Assembly: GCA_951406725.2 (NCBI GenBank)
Contig: OX597837.1
Location: forward strand, 19,344,001-19,408,000
DNA from: Octopus vulgaris
Taxonomy: Eukaryota
Direction of reading: 5' to 3'
DNA length: 64,000 nucleotides
The position numbers and the translations under genes were made by a program. Shown here piece after piece: positions 1-14,127 of this stretch (positions are counted from its first letter, which is position 1; each line of letters opens with the position of its first letter). The notes under the pieces were generated by a model, which saw nothing but the letters and a program-made list of their open reading frames with translations, had not been told where the DNA came from and searched no databases.

Positions 1-580
1 CGTCATTGAGATATTGAATTAATTTCGAGAGCTTCCTAAGAGTACAATGTATTTATAACTGAATAAATAAAACGAAAGTTTGGGAGATAACTAGAGAAGG
101 GAGCGTTTTTAAGTGAACGTTGGGTTGCTATTTCTAACAAATGGAAGGCTCACGTAAGTGAATCGCTCCCACAGTTTGGTCTGTTATATTTCTGCTGGTT
201 GTTGGTGTGTTGTTCGTTGTTGTTCCTGTTGTCCTATTGTTAATACCATTCAACCATTAAACCGACCAGCCAGCCAGCCAGCCAGGTAGGTAAGTAGGTA
301 TATCAGTTGGTAAACAAGAGGCACATCCACCCCCGTCGGGCAGAACGATAAATTGCAATCATCTCTCGTCGTTATTAGATGTTTGTTAACGTCATGTTTA
401 CTGACAAAATATTACAGCCACCGGAAATTGCCACGTTTCAAACCCATTTCTCTTCTTTCTGGAACTTTTTTAGGTGTTTTTTTTTCCTTTCTTTTGTTCA
501 TATATATCTTTTTTTCTCGTTGTTGTGGTTGTTGAAATTGTTGTTTTTGTAGTTGTAATTCCGTTTTAATTTTTGTTTCA

Positions 581-808
581 TTCTTCTTCTTCTTCTTCTT
601 CTTCTTCTTCTTCTTCTTCTTCTTCTTCTTCTTCTTCTTCTTCTTCTTCTTCTTCTTCTTCTTCTTCTTCTTCTTCTTCTTCTTCTTCTTCTTCTTCTTC
701 TTCTTCTTCTTCTTCTTCTTCTCCTCCTCCTTCTTCTTCTTCTTCTTCTTCTTCTTCTTCTTCTCCTTCTTCTTCTTCTTCTTCTTCTTCTTCTTCTTCT
801 TCTTCTTC
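581..808. repeat. (CTT)n microsatellite
   Basis: Long near-perfect TTC run; explains the poly-S/K/E ORFs. Confidence 0.97.
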
Positions 809-1324
809 CTCGTCGTCGTCGTCATCAACATCCACTCCATCTGCTAAGTAATCATATTATACTCAACGTAAAGAACCCTAATATCCTTCTTCTTCTTCAT
901 CCTCATCGTCCTCATTACCACCACCACCACCACCACCACTACAATCAACACTACCACCAACAATAATAACAGCAACAACAACAACGACGACGATAACAGC
1001 AATTACACCTTCAATAACTACTGCTTCTCATCCTCCACCTTCTACCAATCCTTCTTCCCCCTTCGCAGACACACATCTACCATACCTCCCCCCTTCACCT
1101 ATTATAGGATTAAGGAAGACATCAGTGCTGGTTAAGTTTGTTTTTCAACTCCGTGCAGAGGTGTGTATATAGTTGTGTGTGTGTATAAATACGCACACAT
1201 ACGTACACCCCCCACATCTCCACATACACATATGCATAAATATATATGTATTTTATATTATGTACGCATATGTACATGTGGAGAGACACGTGCGCATATA
1301 TATATATGTATATGTGTGTGTGTG

Positions 1325-1385
<61 letters not shown>

Positions 1386-1559
1386 GCATACATACACTGA
1401 CATACACATACAAAAACACACACACACACTCCTGTATATATATAATGTGTGCATACATGAGCGTATATGCATGCGTGTATGTATACATATATATGTCCGA
1501 ATATCTATCTTAACTACAGAAAAGGGTGTGGCAGTATGAGGAAGATAGAGCGGGGTAGA

Positions 1560-1720
1560 GAGAAGAGAGAGAGAGAGAGAGAGAAAAGGAGAGATGAGGG
1601 GGAGAGAAGAGAGAGAGAAAAGGAGAGATGAGGGGGAGAGAAGAGAGAGAGAAAAGGAGAGATGAGGGGGAGAGAAGAAAGAGAGGGAGAGATAGAGGGA
1701 GATAGAGAGAGACTGAGAGA
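1560..1720. repeat. GA-rich tandem repeat (~31-bp unit x3)
   Basis: gagagaaaaggagagatgagggggagagaaga repeated three times within a GA-rich tract. Confidence 0.85.
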
Positions 1721-2402
1721 CCAGGTAATATGCAAATAAACCGAAAAAGACGGTGGTATGAGTAGATCATGGGAAGAGACTGCGGAGGAGAGTAAAAAGT
1801 ATGTACGGAGTACAGGGAGAGGGTGAAAGAAAAGAGAGAGAAAGCGAGAGAGATAGAAAGAGAGAAAGAGAGGGGGAGGGAGAGGAGAGTTTGTTAAGTG
1901 CAATGTATGAAGTAGGGTATATGGAAATGTGGAATGGAGAAGGAAAGAACACTGAAAGAGAATTATTTTCAGACACTTATATTTGCTTGTATATACGTAT
2001 GCATGCATAAATGTATGTATGTATGTATGTATGTATGTATGTATGTATGTATGTATGTATGTATGTATGTATGTATGTATGTATGTATGTACATAAATAT
2101 ACACACATACATACGTACATACATATATGCGTATGTGTGCGTGTGTAAGTATATATATATATATGCATGTATCTATGTATATATACTTCTGGATGAAGAG
2201 GCTGGTGTCTGTTACTGAAGACGCGAAATTACACTGAAATAGCGGCGTTTGACAGTCCGCTGATGTGAATTGGATTATGTTGGATTTTTAACACACAAAA
2301 TCTTTAACGAGTAAGTTTCACCGAAACGAGCTCCTTTCTGCATTTATGTGTACATGAATGTATTATAAATGTTATGCACAATTCATTATATATATGAGTT
2401 TA

Positions 2403-3264
2403 TGAAAGTGAAGCCAAAAGAAACCGGAATTTTGGAATATTCTTTTATTCACCTAGTTCTACACTTTTATCGCATTCAATGTATTCTCCATTTGAAGTAA
2501 TGCATCAATCCATGCGCATTTTCCACTGTTTGAAGCTGTCCTGGAACTTTTGCGAAGTAATGCCTTTTAACAAATCCGTCGTTTTTCACTTCACCTCTTC
2601 CACAATTGCAAAACGTTTTCCTTCAACGACCTTTTTCATTCGTAGAACAAAGAAAGTCTTGGTGAGCAAGATCAGGTGAATAAGGGGGTGGGTAAGCGGG
2701 TTCATGCCATTTTTGGTCAAAAATTGTCTCACATCAAAGCGGTGTACAACTTTTTTCATTAGGCAATTCCTCGCCTAAAATTCGTTAGCAGAAGCTCCAG
2801 GACACATCAGTCATATCAACAAGTTCGTCAATTGCTCGGCGACGGTCCTCTAAGAATTTTCGTGATGTTTTCATTCGTTCGTGGGGTCGACGGCTGTTCT
2901 GAACGAGCTTGGCCTTCAAACGACAAGTGACCATTTCTAAAGCGTGAAAACCACTCATAAACTTGTGTTTTGCTCATGGCAGCGTCATTGTAAGCTGTTT
3001 GAGGGATGGTAACTGTTTCGGCCGCCGTTTTCCCCGGCAGAAAGCAGAATTTCACGGAAGCATGCTGTTCCTTCGCTTCAGCCATTGCAAAAATCGACGC
3101 ACAAAGATGCACCACGTGACATTACGACTAGAGCTAATAACGCCGGTCGGCAGACTGATGCCTGAGGGTCGAATTAAGTGAAGTGGCTTCTAGCGGCGGA
3201 AGCCTGAACTACAACGGGCTTGTCTCACAGAGTACGTTTCCGGTTACTTTTGGGTACCTCCTCG
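2403..3264 (-). mobile_element. Internally deleted mariner (DD34D-type) element
   Basis: ORF 2828-3115 gives a mariner N-terminal HTH (VKFCFLPGKTAAET...KTQVYEWFSRFRNG). Right TIR ttccggttacttttgggtacctcctcg followed by TA; degenerate left TIR near 2401. Same family as 11298-12164. Confidence 0.88.
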
Positions 3265-3273
3265 TATAGGTGC

Positions 3274-3369
<96 letters not shown>

Positions 3370-3417
3370 GACTGTCTGTCTGTCTGTCTGTCTGTCTCTC
3401 TATCTATCTATCCATCC

Positions 3418-3467
<50 letters not shown>

Positions 3468-3470
3468 TTA
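3274..3470. repeat. Compound (CTAT)n/(CTGT)n microsatellite
   Basis: Direct reading. Confidence 0.97.
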
Positions 3471-3539
3471 TCAGTGGTATAGTGGTTAGGATTTCTGGCT
3501 CTCACCCAGGTGGCCCGGGTTCGATTCCCGGCGTGGAAA
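3468..3539 (+). pseudogene. tRNA-Glu(CTC)-derived copy with disrupted 5' acceptor strand
   Basis: A box TGGTATAGTGGTTAG, anticodon arm TCTGG-CT-CTC-AC-CCAGG, T arm CCGGG-TTCGATT-CCCGG, 3' acceptor CGTGGAA+A. The 5' strand reads TTATCAG instead of TTCCACG. Short trailer ending in TTTT at 3549-3552. Confidence 0.85.
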
Positions 3540-3552
3540 CTGGTTAACTTTT

Positions 3553-4880
<1,328 letters not shown>

Positions 4881-5699
4881 ATACACACACATTATATAAG
4901 TGTATGTATAAATTATCGTTTCTATGTATCTATTTATCAGAAAATGTTGCTACCAGTTCCACTGAGCTTCATGTTTGCGTTCTGTAGACGGCTAGAACGA
5001 CCGTAACCAATACAAACAACTTTTGGAGTAAGCCCTGCGAAACAAACCCGCAGAGAAAACCCTCTTAAGAAAATACATATACAAAGGGAAAAACTGCGAA
5101 AATATTTCAATATTTGAAAATAATGTCAAGCATTGATGGGTCGCTGAGGGGTATTGTTAGTTTCCCGTGTTTTGCATGCCTAGGTGACTATACGGTGTAA
5201 ATGTGTGGGTGGGTGTGCGTTTCGCTTTTCTTTTGTTAAGGGAATACACAGGATCATATAGAAAGACGGAAATGCAGAGGCCGCGAGGTATTGCGCATGA
5301 CTGGTTATGTTGTATGAATAAATGAAAGTGATGAAGTGATATATTTTCTGCATTAACATATCATTTTATCACGATCCGTAATAAACAAGGTTTAATAGAG
5401 AATAAAAGGGACAGGTGGGGAGATAGATGGGCACACACTGGTATGTTTTTTATGTTCTTTATTTTCTGTTTTATACGCAAAGTTTTATACGGCTGGTGAA
5501 GCCGTAGAAATTCTCTGGCAACCGCAGTTTTATAAGCAGCTTTATATGCACACAATATGTATGTATGCATGTATGTTATATAAGATATGTATTTATGCAT
5601 GTATATGTGTGTTTATTGTGTGTATACACACATATTAGCATCTGCAAATACGAATTGGAGGTAGTCTACGAGTATATACGCTTTAGCTCATCAAGGACG

Positions 5700-6400
5700 A
5701 CCTTTCTCAAGGGTCTGGGACGAGTATTAGATGAATAGCTTCAACATTGCCCAGAATGACAATGAGAAGTGAGAACAATGAGCTAACGGCTCAGACCGAG
5801 GTCACAGTCTACAGAACTTGCCTCTTTAGCATACTGCTTTATATCAATGAGGCCTGGAGCCTCCTTCAGTTTCCGTCTACCAAATTCACTCAAAAGGTTT
5901 TGGTCAGTCTGAGGCTAAAGTAGAAGATATTTGTCCAAGACACCACGCAAACCTCTTACTAGACAGCCATGCCTGCGCTGAAAATCAATTGAATTGACTG
6001 GGTCACCAACAACAAGAGCCTGGTTCGTGCCACGTCTTCCCCGGAAAGGTCACGTACACCGCATTTCAGATGACAGGATCCCCAAAAAGAGACTACAGCT
6101 TTTAGTCGGTTTTCGATCCAGAAATGACTGCAAGAGTTTCGGGATGTCTCTTTACATGAACGTTGAACAGTGGAAGGATAATACTCTCATCGAATGGAGA
6201 AAGTTTAAAAAAAATCGAGAGAAGGGAGGTTTATACTTTCAGACGAAGAAAATATATATCAACGGAAAAACAGTGCCAGGACAAAGCAAGAGGACAATAC
6301 TGCTAATTGCATCCACTGCAAACGAGACTGTCACTCGCGTGTGGGTGTCTATAGTCACAGCCGATGCTGCTTTGCCAATATCGGAGACTTTTCATATACA
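5700..6400 (+). mobile_element. Degenerate RTE-clade LINE fragment interrupted by a SINE piece (~5862-5977)
   Basis: Translates to TEVTVYRTCLFSILLYINEAW and GHVHRISDDRIPK, resembling RTE motifs TKxxVYxxCVLSxLLYGxExW and GHVxRMxDxRIPK. Confidence 0.6.
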
Positions 6401-6739
6401 GATCTGTGGTCACATAAATAAGACTAACAGGTTCCTCCATGTAGCTGTATAATTAACTTTAAAAAAATAACAAAATCTACAAATGTATCCATTATATTTG
6501 TGTTGGATTTACACTCCCGAAATTCTTCATAATCCAATGAAACGAACCCAACATTTACCCATCAGATTATCTCTAATATTCAGATGCCTTACAGGCCGCC
6601 TTGTCAGCTAATCTTTTCTCAGCTGGAACTTTAATCCTTATGCTCTCCTAAGTTTCTGACTGTTCACCAATACATCAAGCTCTTCCTAGAAAAAAGGTAC
6701 ACAAAAAACAACCAAATTTATCTCAAACAACCTGTATGT

Positions 6740-6808
<69 letters not shown>

Positions 6809-6955
6809 ATGTCTACCATTGGCAACGAGGCAAAAATATATATATTTTCCTCACCATGGTACACTTAACGATCGTAAACTCCCTCTCACCTTTTTTAACT
6901 AATTAAATAATAGCTTCCTAGCGCAAAAGACATACTTCTTTTCCCTCCATTTTCT

Positions 6956-7010
<55 letters not shown>

Positions 7011-7151
7011 TACAGTGAGATTGATCACCCCTAAGTAATCCTAGGTGCTTCTTACAACTCGATGCGGTTAGCTTGAACCAGGACAATAACCAAGTGCAGG
7101 TATGGTATCCACAAATCATAATACACACACACACACACATGTATATATATA

Positions 7152-8419
7152 TTGGGTCACCCCGTAAATAATGCAGTTTTCTAAATTTCATGAACTAAAA
7201 ATCGGAGTGGGACGGGATAAACTACTTGCATCAATTTGTTATAAAAGCAGGTAGTAATTTTACATTGTCCTTATTCTTAGTGCAAGTTTTGAAGAGTGTA
7301 GTTCGATTTATAAAAGTTATTCTCTCAAATCTATAACGGAACTGACAAAAGCGCATATGCGGCATATTTTGCTTTATGAGTTCAATAAAAGCAACAACGG
7401 TGCGAGGAATATAAATGCAGTATATCGGTATATGCATGGAATCGGACAATAAGCGTAATCCCTGTATCAATGGTGGTTCCAGAAATTCCGAGCTGGAAAC
7501 TACATCCAAGAAGACGAGCCTCGACCTGGAAGATCTGAAGAGCTCGACGAGGACGTCCTGCAAACCGATGTGGAACAAAATCCAATCTTAACTGTTGAGG
7601 AATTAGCAGAGAAGCTTGGTCATTCAACCATTCATCGACACCTGCGTGCCATCAGAAAAGCGAGCAAATTGAGTCAATGGGTTCCTCTCAAACTTTCTGA
7701 GTCTAATCGTGTGCAGAGAGTGAATGTGTGATCTTCTTTGCTGTCACATCTCATGAATGAACATTTTTTGGACTGAAAGTGACTGGTAAAAAGAAATGGT
7801 CCTCTGTAAAAATGTCAAGCACCGAAGACAGTGGGTAGGGAAAGGAGAAACACCGGCACTCCAGGCTAAAGAAGGTTTTCACCCACGTAAGGTGTTGTTA
7901 TTTGTTTGGTGGGATATGAAAGATTTAGTCCACTTTAAACTTTCAACCCCCAACCAAACAATAACAAAGGAGATCTACTGCGAGCAGCTTGAGCGGCGTA
8001 AGTCAGCACTAGAAGAGAAACGACTATCTTTGGTTTCAAAACGAAAGGTGTTCTTTCATCAGGATAATTCCCGACCACATACAAAGGCTGGAGCAGTTTG
8101 AATGGGAAACGATGCCCCACCCACCATATTCGCCAGACATTGCCCCATTTGAATATCATTTATTCCGCAGTCTTCAAAATCATTTGGACGGCAAAAATAT
8201 GAATTCTGTAGACGAGATTAGAACAGTAGTGGATGAGTATTTTTCGCCACGCACAAGTGAATTTTGGAAGAGGGGCCTTGCAAGTCTAGCAGATAGATGG
8301 AACACCATTGTAGAAAATGACGGGGAGTATATTTTAGATTAGAAAAGAACTTTGTTTATCTTAATTTTGAAAAATACAAGAAGTATAAAAAAACCCCTCA
8401 TTATTTATGTCAAAAACAA
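7152..8419 (+). mobile_element. Near full-length mariner (DD34D), transposase pseudogene
   Basis: TA-flanked TIRs (ttgggtcaccccgtaaataatg and tcattatttatgtcaaaaacaa), ~1.27 kb. Motifs WVPLKL, KVLLFVWWD, FHQDNSRPH, HPPYSPDIAPFEYHLF with frameshifts and stops. Confidence 0.92.
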
Positions 8420-8429
8420 TATTAACGAG

Positions 8430-9110
8430 AGTTTCGATCAGATCCGCCTACGTGGATAGCTATGTTTTGGATAAAAGAGTAAATATGTATCTGATGGAAC
8501 TACAGGATTTACAGGTGAACCGTTCCGGAAGACCACGGACATGGAATAGCCTCAGAAAGCAAGAGAGGGTACTGGAAAATTTTCACGGAAGTCCGAGAAA
8601 ATCTGTGCGGCAAATGATGCGTGACACAGGGATTTTAAAACGTCTGTCTATCGCATTTCGAAGAGCTGGCATTGGAAAATTTATATCCCAACATTAATCT
8701 ATGCTATCATTGAAGATGATAGAGAGAGAAGAATGGTGTATTGCAAGTGGTACTTTGCAAAATGCTTAGAAGATCCACGCTTTCCAACAAAACTTGTGTG
8801 CCGTGATGAGGCTACATTTAAAGTAAATGGTTCAATTAATCGCCCCAAATGCACGTTCTGGGGCCTGAAATTCTGCATGTTACGGATGAACATTTACTAG
8901 GCGTTACAGTCTGGTTACATCAAGAGAATTAATTCGACCATTCTGTTTTTATGCTGTTGAGACTGGTCCCGTTGACTTGAACATGCTGCAACAGTCTGTC
9001 ACCAAGCATTAGAGAAGTCTTTGAAGATGAGGAATTTTATTTTCAGCAAAGCGGAAGACCACCGCACTACCACCGTGATGAACATCTAGATCTTCACACC
9101 TGCTTACAGG
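8430..9110 (+). mobile_element. Tc1/mariner (Tc3/DD41D-like) transposase fragment
   Basis: RSGRPRT...SPRKSVRQ, DEATFKVNGSINRPKCTFWG and FYFQQ motifs. Confidence 0.7.
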
Positions 9111-9603
9111 ATTCTATATACATGAATAAATTCTAAACAATGACACAACTTCAAATTTAATCAGTAAAAATTTCTTCAAAACACGTCTCCATATAACAAG
9201 CCACCCTAAAACCTAATTGCTACTTCTCTCAAACATACACACCCACAGAAGATTTTAACTCAACACAGACTATATAAATTCAGGGTTAAATTCAAAGTAT
9301 TGCAATCCGCTGTTGGCTTCACTGGGTGAAACTTCGGAGTTGCAGTCGATAATATTCCTGTTAAAGGGTTATAAATTTGTACTATACCAAAGTATAGAGT
9401 AACGCATCCTATTAATTTGAAATAGTTTTTATTATAACTAAACATAAAAAGAAACATGTGCTTGTGTACTCTGTGGGTGTGTGTGTGTGCGTGAAAGAGA
9501 GAGTATGCGTGCGTGTGTGTGTATATAAATATATATATGTATCTATGTGTATATATATATACACACACACTCACATACACATATATATGTATATGCACAC
9601 ACG

Positions 9604-9637
<34 letters not shown>

Positions 9638-10193
9638 CACACACGTGCATAGGTGCACATATATAAACATACGTATGTACATACATAGACCTGTGAAATG
9701 ATATATATACATATATATGTACACTCTCATAGACACAGATTCACACACGCATATATGCACATGTATATACGCACATGTTTATGTGTATACACATGCATTC
9801 ACTAAAAACTGGAGCGAAATTGGGATAGTTAGGGGAAAAGCAGCGAAAAAACAAAGGGGAAAAAAGGGACCAAAAACTGAAAGAGAGGCAAAGTAAACAA
9901 TGTAGCCAATGGCGGCGTGGGCGGGATTTGGAGGAGGAGGTGGAGGCATAAGGAGTAAGAAAGAGTGGAGGGAGGAGAAAAAGGGAGAAAAAAGAGTTGG
10001 TGTAAAAGGAGGTGGTGGGAGTTATTGTATCGTAGGCAGTAATGACTTCTTTGTTGTTCTAATGATGTTACTGCTGCTGATACTGCAGTATTGATGCAGT
10101 ATTGATGCAGTGGAGGTAACGATGTGCAATGCTGGAACTTTCCTTTTGAATCGTTGCAAAACACTACTGCAACCGTAAAGTATAATTGAAAGT

Positions 10194-10596
10194 GGCGTAG
10201 GAGTGGCTGTGTGTTAAGTAGCTTGCTTACTAACATGGTTCCGGTTTCAGTCTCACTGCGTGGCACCTTGGGCAAGTCTTTTCAACCATTGCCTCGGGAC
10301 AACAAATGCTTTATGAATGGATTTGATGAGCGGAATCTAAAAGAAGCCCGTCATAAATATGTATATATAAATGTATATGTGTGTGTATATGTTTGTGTGT
10401 CTGTGTTTGTCCCCCCGCCATCGCTCGACAACCGATGCTGGTGTGTTTACGTCCCCGTAACTTTGCGGTTCGGCAAAAGAGACCTTTAGAATAAGTACTA
10501 GGCTTACAAAGAATAAGTCCTGGGGTCGATTTGCTCGAGTAAAGGCGGTGCTCCAGTATGGCCACAGTCAAATGACTGAAACATGTTAGTAGAGTG
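10194..10596 (+). mobile_element. Major tRNA-derived SINE (family 1), full length
   Basis: Head ggcgtaggagtggctgtg...ggttcc...ccactgcgtggcaccttgggcaag, internal (TA)/(TG) tract, tail gtcaaatgactgaaac. More than 10 homologous copies in the window. Confidence 0.88.
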
Positions 10597-10639
10597 GATA
10601 CATACGTGTGTGTGTGTATGTGTGTGTGCGTGTAAGTGG

Positions 10640-10790
10640 GGCACCGCTTTGAAGAATTTCTGGTCGAATAAATCAATTCCATTACTTATTCTATCAGGTA
10701 CTTTTGCCGAACCGCTAAGTCACGGGAACGTAACCAGTTGTCAAGCGGCGGTGGCAAACACAGACACAAAAAACACACACATACATACAC
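10640..10790 (-). mobile_element. SINE family 1, partial inverted copy
   Basis: Reverse complement of the 3' half (tttgccgaaccgctaag). Confidence 0.75.
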
Positions 10791-11197
10791 ACCGACACAC
10801 ACACACACACACATGCACACGCGCACTCATTTTAAGTTTGATTTGTCTCCATGCGACTTAAATATTCTGTAGTCTAAAGCGTGAAGGAGAAGGGCCTGTG
10901 AAACTTTAAGACGCAGAGAGCCGAATCAAACTCCGTCAGTGAATTCAAATATACACTAACACTCATAAATGCTAAACTAAGAAAAGAAATAATGCATGGT
11001 ACCATCGTCCACTAGGTTGAAATAAAAACAAAATTGATGCGGAAAAGTCAGCTTTGAGGTGAATTAATGCAATATGGTAGGATTGCATCCATAGGAAAAA
11101 AAACATCATCTGTGGCCAGTAGGACTATGTGAATCCAATTAGGGGAGTTTGTTAATTGATTTGATAATCCACATTTTAAACTTACTCTTTTTGAGAT

Positions 11198-11199
<2 letters not shown>

Positions 11200-11287
<88 letters not shown>
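11200..11287. repeat. (CA)n microsatellite
   Basis: Direct reading. Confidence 0.97.
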
Positions 11288-11288
<1 letters not shown>

Positions 11289-11297
11289 CTGTTTATA

Positions 11298-12164
11298 CGA
11301 GGAGGTACCCCGCAAAACCCAGAATTTTGCAATATTATTTGATTTATTTACATGTTTACATTTTTATCACCTTCAAAGTATTCTCGATTTTGCACTGTTG
11401 GAAGAATTGTTCGAACTCTTGCGAAGTGATTCCTTTTAATGCCTCCCTCTTTTTTTCTTCACCTCTTCCACATCTGCAAATTCCGTAGCGCCACCTTTCA
11501 TCACCAGCAATGACTTTCGAAAAAGGGTCCGAATAAATGCCAAACTCTTTTTTCATTTCTTTCCATGTATTCCGTCGTGACTGTTTCTGATCTTCTGTGA
11601 GCCAGCGAGGCACAGATTTTGCTGCAGTTCTTTTCATTTGCAATTCCATGCTCAAAACTCCTTGGTAAGAGCTCCAGGACACACCAATCATATCAGCAAG
11701 TTCGTCATTTGTTCAGTGATAGTCTTTCAAGATCATTTTATGAATTTTTATGATGTTTTCATTCATTCGGGAGGTCGATGGTCGTCCTGGTTGGTCTTCA
11801 AGAGACAAGTAACCATTCCTGAAGCGTGAAAACCACTCGTAAACTTGTGTTTTGCTCATGGCAGCATCCCTGTAAATTGTTTGAGGCATTACAGTTGTTT
11901 CGGCCGCTGTTTTCCCCAGCAGAAAACAGAATTTCATGGCAGTACGCTGTTCCTTCGTTTAAGCCATCACAAAAATAGACGAACAAGGAAGAAGTACTGC
12001 AAAACAAAGACGCGCCACGTGGCAGTACATTGGTAGTGGATGACGCCGGTCTACAGACTGATGCCTGAGGGTCGCATCAAGTGGCTTCTAGCGGCAGAAG
12101 TCTGAACTGCAAAGGACTTGTCTCACAGAGAATGTTTGCGGTTATTTTTGGGTACCTCCACCCA
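11298..12164 (-). mobile_element. Internally deleted mariner (same family as 2403-3264)
   Basis: TA plus TIR cgaggaggtaccc and gggtacctcc. ORFs MKFCFLLGKTAAET..., AAKSVPRWLTEDQK, VIAGDERW. Confidence 0.88.
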
Positions 12165-12357
12165 TATTGCTGTCGACAGGTTATATTTTAAGAATTAAAG
12201 GACTAGTAATTTCTTTGGTTATTATGTCAAGTCATAATGTAGCCAGTAAAAACAGTTAATGGACTACTATAATTAATAGTATTTATTGTTATCTGGATAA
12301 TAACAGTTATGTTTAATTAGGAATGTGGTATAATTAATAGTAAGTTTAATAATTAGT

Positions 12358-12608
12358 GTGGAGGCGCGTAGCTTAGTGGTTAGGGTGTCAGCACCATGAT
12401 CGTAAGATTGTGGTTTCGATTCCTGGACCGAGCAATGCGCTGTGTTCTTGAGCAAAACACTTCATTTCAAGTTGCTCCAGTCCACTCAGCTGGCAAAAAT
12501 GAGTAACGCTGCAATGGACTGGCGTTCCGTCCAGCTGGGGAACACATACGTCATAGAAACCGGGAAACAGGGCCCAGGAGCCTGGCTAGGCTTTAAAAAA
12601 AGGGCGCA
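12358..12608 (+). mobile_element. tRNA-derived SINE (head B + tail X) with 12-bp TSD
   Basis: A/B boxes tagcttagtgg and ggtttcgattcc. TSD TTAATAATTAGT at 12346-12357 and 12609-12620. Confidence 0.88.
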
Positions 12609-14127
12609 TTAATAATTAGTATTTATTGCTGATACCAAGTATACAGAGAGCATTGGAGATGATGTGTTTAGGCAAGTACTTTTGATCAAACGAGTGACAG
12701 TAGAATGAAGGATAGAGTTCTGGGGGGAGGGCGACAATGGAGCGGAGTGAAATTTGGGGGAAATGGCCAGACGGTGAAAACTAATATTTTGGCTACCTTA
12801 TCAATTCTCTGAACCCTAGAGTTCGATTCCTCAGAGACTAGGCGGACAGAAAGCGGGCTTGTGGGCTACAAAGATGATGACAGGGCTGGACGGGGAGGAT
12901 CCTGTTGGTTGCGTTGCGAGACCACAGAGAGTGGCGGAGAGATGGCTGTTTGAGATCCTCAACCATTAGTCATGAAGTTGTGAATGTTCATCGTAAGAGT
13001 TTAATTAAATGCGAGTTCTAATGTTGCCAAAGTTTCAATAAAGCTTATAAACAAACATCTAGAGACTGAAGATGACAGAAAATGTTGACTAATAGTTTGT
13101 AGCGTTAAGATGTGAGTCCAAACCACTGCAAACATACATTTTCAGTACTAATACTCAAATGTCACTGTAATTTCAACAATCCTAATATTTATCCTCAACG
13201 GTGTTTTTCTAAATCATTATTTTATCGAGATTAGATTGCCTCTGCTGTCAATAATGAGACAAAAACCATTAAAGAAATTCGCTCATCATAGATATACATC
13301 GTCACAAAACCACTCTGACACATTTATTGTTCAGATATATTTGAAGTTCAAAAGATGATAATAACAATGACGAGATCAGTTTATCTATTACAAAACACAA
13401 CTAACATATTAATGATTTCAGAAGGTTCTATTGTTAGCTCATGGACAAATAAAATTCCAGCCATAACCTTTTTTGCAGTTTGAAAAAGATATCAGAATGA
13501 TCAATTTTAGCAGACATTTCGATCGCGATTTACCGCGAGATTTCAGGCTATCAACTGCTTAGAGTATTATATTTTCTTATACAATGCATATGCACTATTG
13601 TAGAATGTCCGTAGCTAACTAAAAAGAATTCATTTATTTATCAAAGCAAAAACTTCAGCAACAAGAACTGCTCCTTCTGTTTACGAGATTTTGTTACGTG
13701 ATTTCGTATAGGAATAGATAAAGATATCCAGTGTTTTACATCTGGCAGTGAATAGACAAACGCGCGACCGATTTTCTGGCGTTTGTACTGTTGGCTCTTA
13801 TATATTTCGATGTGTTTACGAACGTGTTTGTGTGGTGTAGTTGGTGGTCTATCAATTCTACAAATAAGCTGTTCTTTTGTCTGGTGTCCAACCATTTCTT
13901 CTAATTTACCGCCATTTTGTCCAGTGTTCTATTGAATGTACCAGTTCAGCGCAAGACTCAGCAGATAATATCAGATTATATATATATCATATACACATAT
14001 ACATACATACATACATACATACATACATACATACGTACGTACATATATAAATACATACATATATAAATATATATATATATATAAATATATATCTTTTCTT
14101 TGATGTATATATCTTTTCTTTATGCTG

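Noticed and set aside
412-851. Poly-K/E/S ORFs
   Set aside because: Translations of the (CTT)n microsatellite; no coding context.
3468-3539. Functional tRNA-Glu gene
   Set aside because: The acceptor stem has three mismatches because the 5' strand is replaced, so it is treated as a pseudogene/retrocopy.
12358-12430. tRNA-like heads (also ~15840-15910, 30906, 47512, ~49520-49592) as tRNA genes
   Set aside because: They continue into SINE bodies, some with TSDs, and lack proper acceptor stems.
13641-13895. 84-aa ORF as host exon or GIY-YIG relic
   Set aside because: No recognisable motif with enough confidence and no splice support.
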